A DNA stretch of 64,000 nt, from the NCBI GenBank assembly GCA_963665275.2, contig CAXXIN010000007.1, positions 96,001 to 160,000 of the forward strand. The letters are read 5' to 3'. Of this stretch, positions 61,100 through 64,000 are shown in pieces (position 1 is the stretch's first letter; the number at the start of each line of letters is the position of its first letter). Below the pieces are notes generated by a model. The model searched no databases. It was given only the letters and a program-made list of their open reading frames with translations, and was not told the origin of the DNA. The DNA is from Negativicutes bacterium (lineage in GTDB: Bacteria; Bacillota; Negativicutes; UBA1444). The position numbers and the translations under genes were made by a program.

Positions 61100-61304
61100 A
61101 CCAACCTCCATTAACAACCTCTTGTTTCTAGTAAACACCTTACCGCCCGAATACGCAACAAAATTTTTGCATTTTGCATATCGACTATTTTGAGACCATT
61201 GCAAAACCCATTGTCTGTGATATTTATTCACGCGGCCCATCGGCTAAAAAAATATGCCGCCGTAGACGAAGGACTCGTCTGCAGCGACATCATGCCTGTT
61301 CGAC

Positions 61305-62246
61305 CTATGCTTCCGGTTCGGTATATAACGGTGTGGACAGATAACGTTCGCCGGTATCCGGCAACAGCACTACGATCACTTTCCCCTTGTTTTCCGGACG
61401 TTTGGCCACCTGAGCCGCTGCCCAGGCTGCCGCGCCACTGGAAATGCCGACCAACAGCCCTTCCGTCTTCGCCAGTTCGCGCCCTGTTGCCATCGCTTCG
61501 TCATTGCCCACGGGAATGATTTCATCGATAGCAGCACGATTGAACACGTCGGGAACAAATCCTGCGCCAATCCCCTGGATTTTGTGGGGGCCAGGCTGTC
61601 CTCCCGATAAAACCGGCGATGCCGCAGGTTCAACCGCGATCACTTGTACCGAAGATTTATAGGCTTTCAATACCTCACCCACCCCGGTCACTGTCCCGCC
61701 TGTTCCTACACCGGCAATGAAAATATCCACCTTGCCTTCCGTATCACGCCAGATTTCTTCCGCCGTTGTCTTCCGGTGTATTTCGGGATTGGCAGGGTTT
61801 TTGAACTGCTGCGGCAAGAAGGAATTCGGGTTTTCCGCAGCCAGTTCTTCCGCTTTTTTGATGGCGCCATTCATGCCTTCCGGTCCGGGTGTGAGCACTA
61901 GCTGCGCACCCAACGCTTTCAGCAGATTCCGCCGTTCAATACTCATCGTCTCCGGCATCGTCAAAACAAGCTTATAGCCTCTGGACGCCGCGACGAAAGC
62001 CAGCCCGACGCCGGTATTTCCGCTGGTCGGTTCAATAATCAGCGTGTCTTTGTTAATTTTCCCAGCGGCTTCACCCGCCTCAATCATTGCGAATGCGATT
62101 CTATCCTTCACACTGCCCAGTGGGTTAAAGTATTCAAGCTTCGCTACCACGGTTGAAGGTAATCCGGCATGCTGGCTAAAGCGATTCAACGCCAGCAGCG
62201 GAGTATTCCCAATCAAGTCTGTCACTGCCTGTGCAATTTTGCTCAT
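61305..62246 (-). CDS. cysK: Cysteine synthase A
   Basis: [41 protein letters not shown]. Confidence 0.96.
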   Translation of the reverse strand: MSKIAQAVTDLIGNTPLLALNRFSQHAGLPSTVVAKLEYFNPLGSVKDRIAFAMIEAGEAAGKINKDTLIIEPTSGNTGVGLAFVAASRGYKLVLTMPETMSIERRNLLKALGAQLVLTPGPEGMNGAIKKAEELAAENPNSFLPQQFKNPANPEIHRKTTAEEIWRDTEGKVDIFIAGVGTGGTVTGVGEVLKAYKSSVQVIAVEPAASPVLSGGQPGPHKIQGIGAGFVPDVFNRAAIDEIIPVGNDEAMATGRELAKTEGLLVGISSGAAAWAAAQVAKRPENKGKVIVVLLPDTGERYLSTPLYTEPEA

Positions 62247-62428
62247 TATATTGTTCCTCCTCTTTTTCAGCTTTCAGAAGCGACAAAGGCTCAAAAAACC
62301 CTTCAGTTTGAAGTGTTCTTTGAGCCTTCAGTTTCCTGATCAGCTACTCAATTAACTTATATCTTATTATTCCACTCAGATATCGATTTGTCAATACGCT
62401 CCAACAATACTATCTCAAGAATCGCTCA

Positions 62429-62457
62429 TTGACGAATCCCTTATAATTACATAAAAT
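62429..62457 (+). promoter_or_regulatory. Sigma70-type promoter for the MATE leader
   Basis: TTGACG-17 nt-TAAAAT. Confidence 0.6.
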
Positions 62458-62493
62458 ATAAAAAGAATTCCTGTGAGAAAGGAGGTCAAGAGT

Positions 62494-62655
62494 GTGAACA
62501 GCGTTTTCGGACGTCGCTTGCCAGAAGTAGAATCACCTGTTTGTGCAGTCGTTTTAGGCTCAAAGGGGATAAGTCTGTCCTTTTTTAAGCAAATCAAACA
62601 CCGAAAATGGCTACTTAACTCTCTTGGCTGCAGTACGCCCCTCACGGCAAGATAA
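62494..62655 (+). CDS. Putative leader peptide (53 aa)
   Basis: Strong SD AAAGGAGGT before GTG 62494; open to TAA 62655; no recognised family. Confidence 0.45.
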   Translation: MNSVFGRRLPEVESPVCAVVLGSKGISLSFFKQIKHRKWLLNSLGCSTPLTAR

Positions 62656-62705
62656 CAATCCGTTTCCTGCCTAAAAGGTTCAACTGTAATATTCCATCTG
62701 ACTGC

Positions 62706-62738
62706 AAGGCGCCGATGATTCGGCGTCTTTACTTTTTT
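62706..62738 (+). terminator. Intrinsic terminator (attenuator) directly before the MATE SD
   Basis: AAGGCGCCGA-tgat-TCGGCGTCTTTACTTTTTT. Confidence 0.7.
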
Positions 62739-62755
62739 ATCAGGAGGTTGTACTC

Positions 62756-64000
62756 ATGGAACAAATCATCAGCTACAAAAGAATCGGGGCATTGGCATTC
62801 CCGATTATTATTTCACAATCCGTCGTTTTACTAGATGGCATGATCGACCTGGCCTTCATCGGGCCTCTAGGCACGGACGCGATTGCCGCCGTGGCAATTG
62901 CCAATGCAATCTGCGCTACAGTATTTAATTTTCTGGAAGGCTTTCGAATCGGCACCACAGTTTTAATTGCCAAAGCATCTGAGAGCCAAGACCCTGCCAA
63001 AGGAGCAGCCGTGATAAATACAGGATTGTTTCTAACAGCTCTCATCGGAGCGGTGCTCATCATTTTTGCTTCAGATATCAGCACTATGGTTTATGACAGC
63101 ATCGGCAATGAGCAAATAAAATATCACGGCGTGGCTTATCTGACGGTATGGCTCTGGACGATTCCGCTCATCCTGTTTTCCTATGTTTTGGTCGGATTAT
63201 TCCGGGGACTGCGTGACACTGCCACTCCGCTTTTCAGCACCATCGCCAGTTGTATTTTGAATGCCATATTTACCTATCTGTTTGTTTACGGTGGATGGGG
63301 ATTCCCCGGTCTTGGCGTGGAAGGATCGGCCTGGGGAACTTTTGCCGCCAGTCTGGTTGGTTTGCTGATCATAATCTATCTGGCGATAAAAAACCCTCTT
63401 ACCGCGCAATATATTCGCTGGAATCAGTCGTTTCTCAAACAAACGCCGGAATACGTTTCTCTGGCAATAGACATCGGTCTCAATACGGGCTTTACCCTGT
63501 TGGCCCTGCTGGCGTTTGTCTATGTCATCAAGCCGTTGGGTTCCGTGGCGCTGGCAGTTCATCAAATCACCTTGCAAATTTTCAACTTAGCCTACTTGCC
63601 GTCCATCGGGTTCTTGATCACTGCCTCCATCCTTGTCCCGCGGTTGGTTGAGCCGGAAACCAATCATCTCCTGAAACCAACAGTCAATCGCATAGGTCGG
63701 ATGAGTCTGGGCGTGATTTGCCTGACTAGCGGTGCGTTGTTTCTATCCGCGTCGGCAGTCAGTCGTTTTTTTAGTCCCGCTGACGCGATAGTAGCGGAAC
63801 AAGCCGTTAAAACACTAAAGCTGGTCTGTTGCGGGCAATTGTTTTCTTCTGTGTACATGGTATTGCGTGGGGCATTGACCGGCTGTCGAGATACCCGTTT
63901 TATCATTTATGAAGGGTTGCTATCCAGCTACCTCGTTTTCCTTCCGTTGGCCTACTTGTTGGCGATCCAACTGGGTTATGGCGTCTACGGAGGTTATGTT
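62756..64000 (+). CDS. MATE family efflux transporter, runs off window end
   Basis: Manual translation MEQIISYKRIGALAFPIII...GMIDLAFIGPLGTDAIAAV; FRGLRDTATP; GLGVEGSAWGT; SD AGGAGG. Confidence 0.9.
   Translation, partial: MEQIISYKRIGALAFPIIISQSVVLLDGMIDLAFIGPLGTDAIAAVAIANAICATVFNFLEGFRIGTTVLIAKASESQDPAKGAAVINTGLFLTALIGAVLIIFASDISTMVYDSIGNEQIKYHGVAYLTVWLWTIPLILFSYVLVGLFRGLRDTATPLFSTIASCILNAIFTYLFVYGGWGFPGLGVEGSAWGTFAASLVGLLIIIYLAIKNPLTAQYIRWNQSFLKQTPEYVSLAIDIGLNTGFTLLALLAFVYVIKPLGSVALAVHQITLQIFNLAYLPSIGFLITASILVPRLVEPETNHLLKPTVNRIGRMSLGVICLTSGALFLSASAVSRFFSPADAIVAEQAVKTLKLVCCGQLFSSVYMVLRGALTGCRDTRFIIYEGLLSSYLVFLPLAYLLAIQLGYGVYGGYV

Overview
Bacterial chromosomal window from a Firmicute; gene content suggests an anaerobic Negativicute-like organism (inference). 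Most genes lie on the minus strand. From left to right: (i) a D-amino-acid/peptide scavenging module (Dpp-type ABC genes, two N-acyl-D-amino-acid deacylases, a regulator, a D-amino-acid aminotransferase); (ii) a solo GHKL/MORC-like ATPase, a secreted serpin, an AI-2E transporter, a class II photolyase, an HlyD adaptor, an M23 peptidase and an HD-GYP protein; (iii) a sigma54 cassette (activator, M24 peptidase, AtoE transporter); (iv) a type I-C-like CRISPR-Cas locus with 50 consensus plus 4 decayed repeats, the non-canonical order cas5-cas8-cas7-cas3-cas4-cas1-cas2, a divergent AT-rich Cas8 and a probable hidden in-frame cas11; (v) a rhuM remnant followed by housekeeping genes (bioYB, MCP, GGDEF-EAL, kdgK-eda, zwf-pgl, TerC with yybP-ykoY riboswitch, YedE/TusA cluster, metY with SAM-I riboswitch, argD, cysK, MATE). 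The main unexplained signals are a solitary stem-intact CRISPR repeat 5.1 kb beyond the array, a 42-bp hairpin present three times with two copies bracketing the CRISPR-Cas locus, a perfect 16-bp inverted repeat upstream of cas5, and a uORF/terminator leader before the MATE gene. Five +1 homopolymer frameshifts and a G22 run look like sequencing errors. All calls come from reading motifs by eye; no database searches were run.
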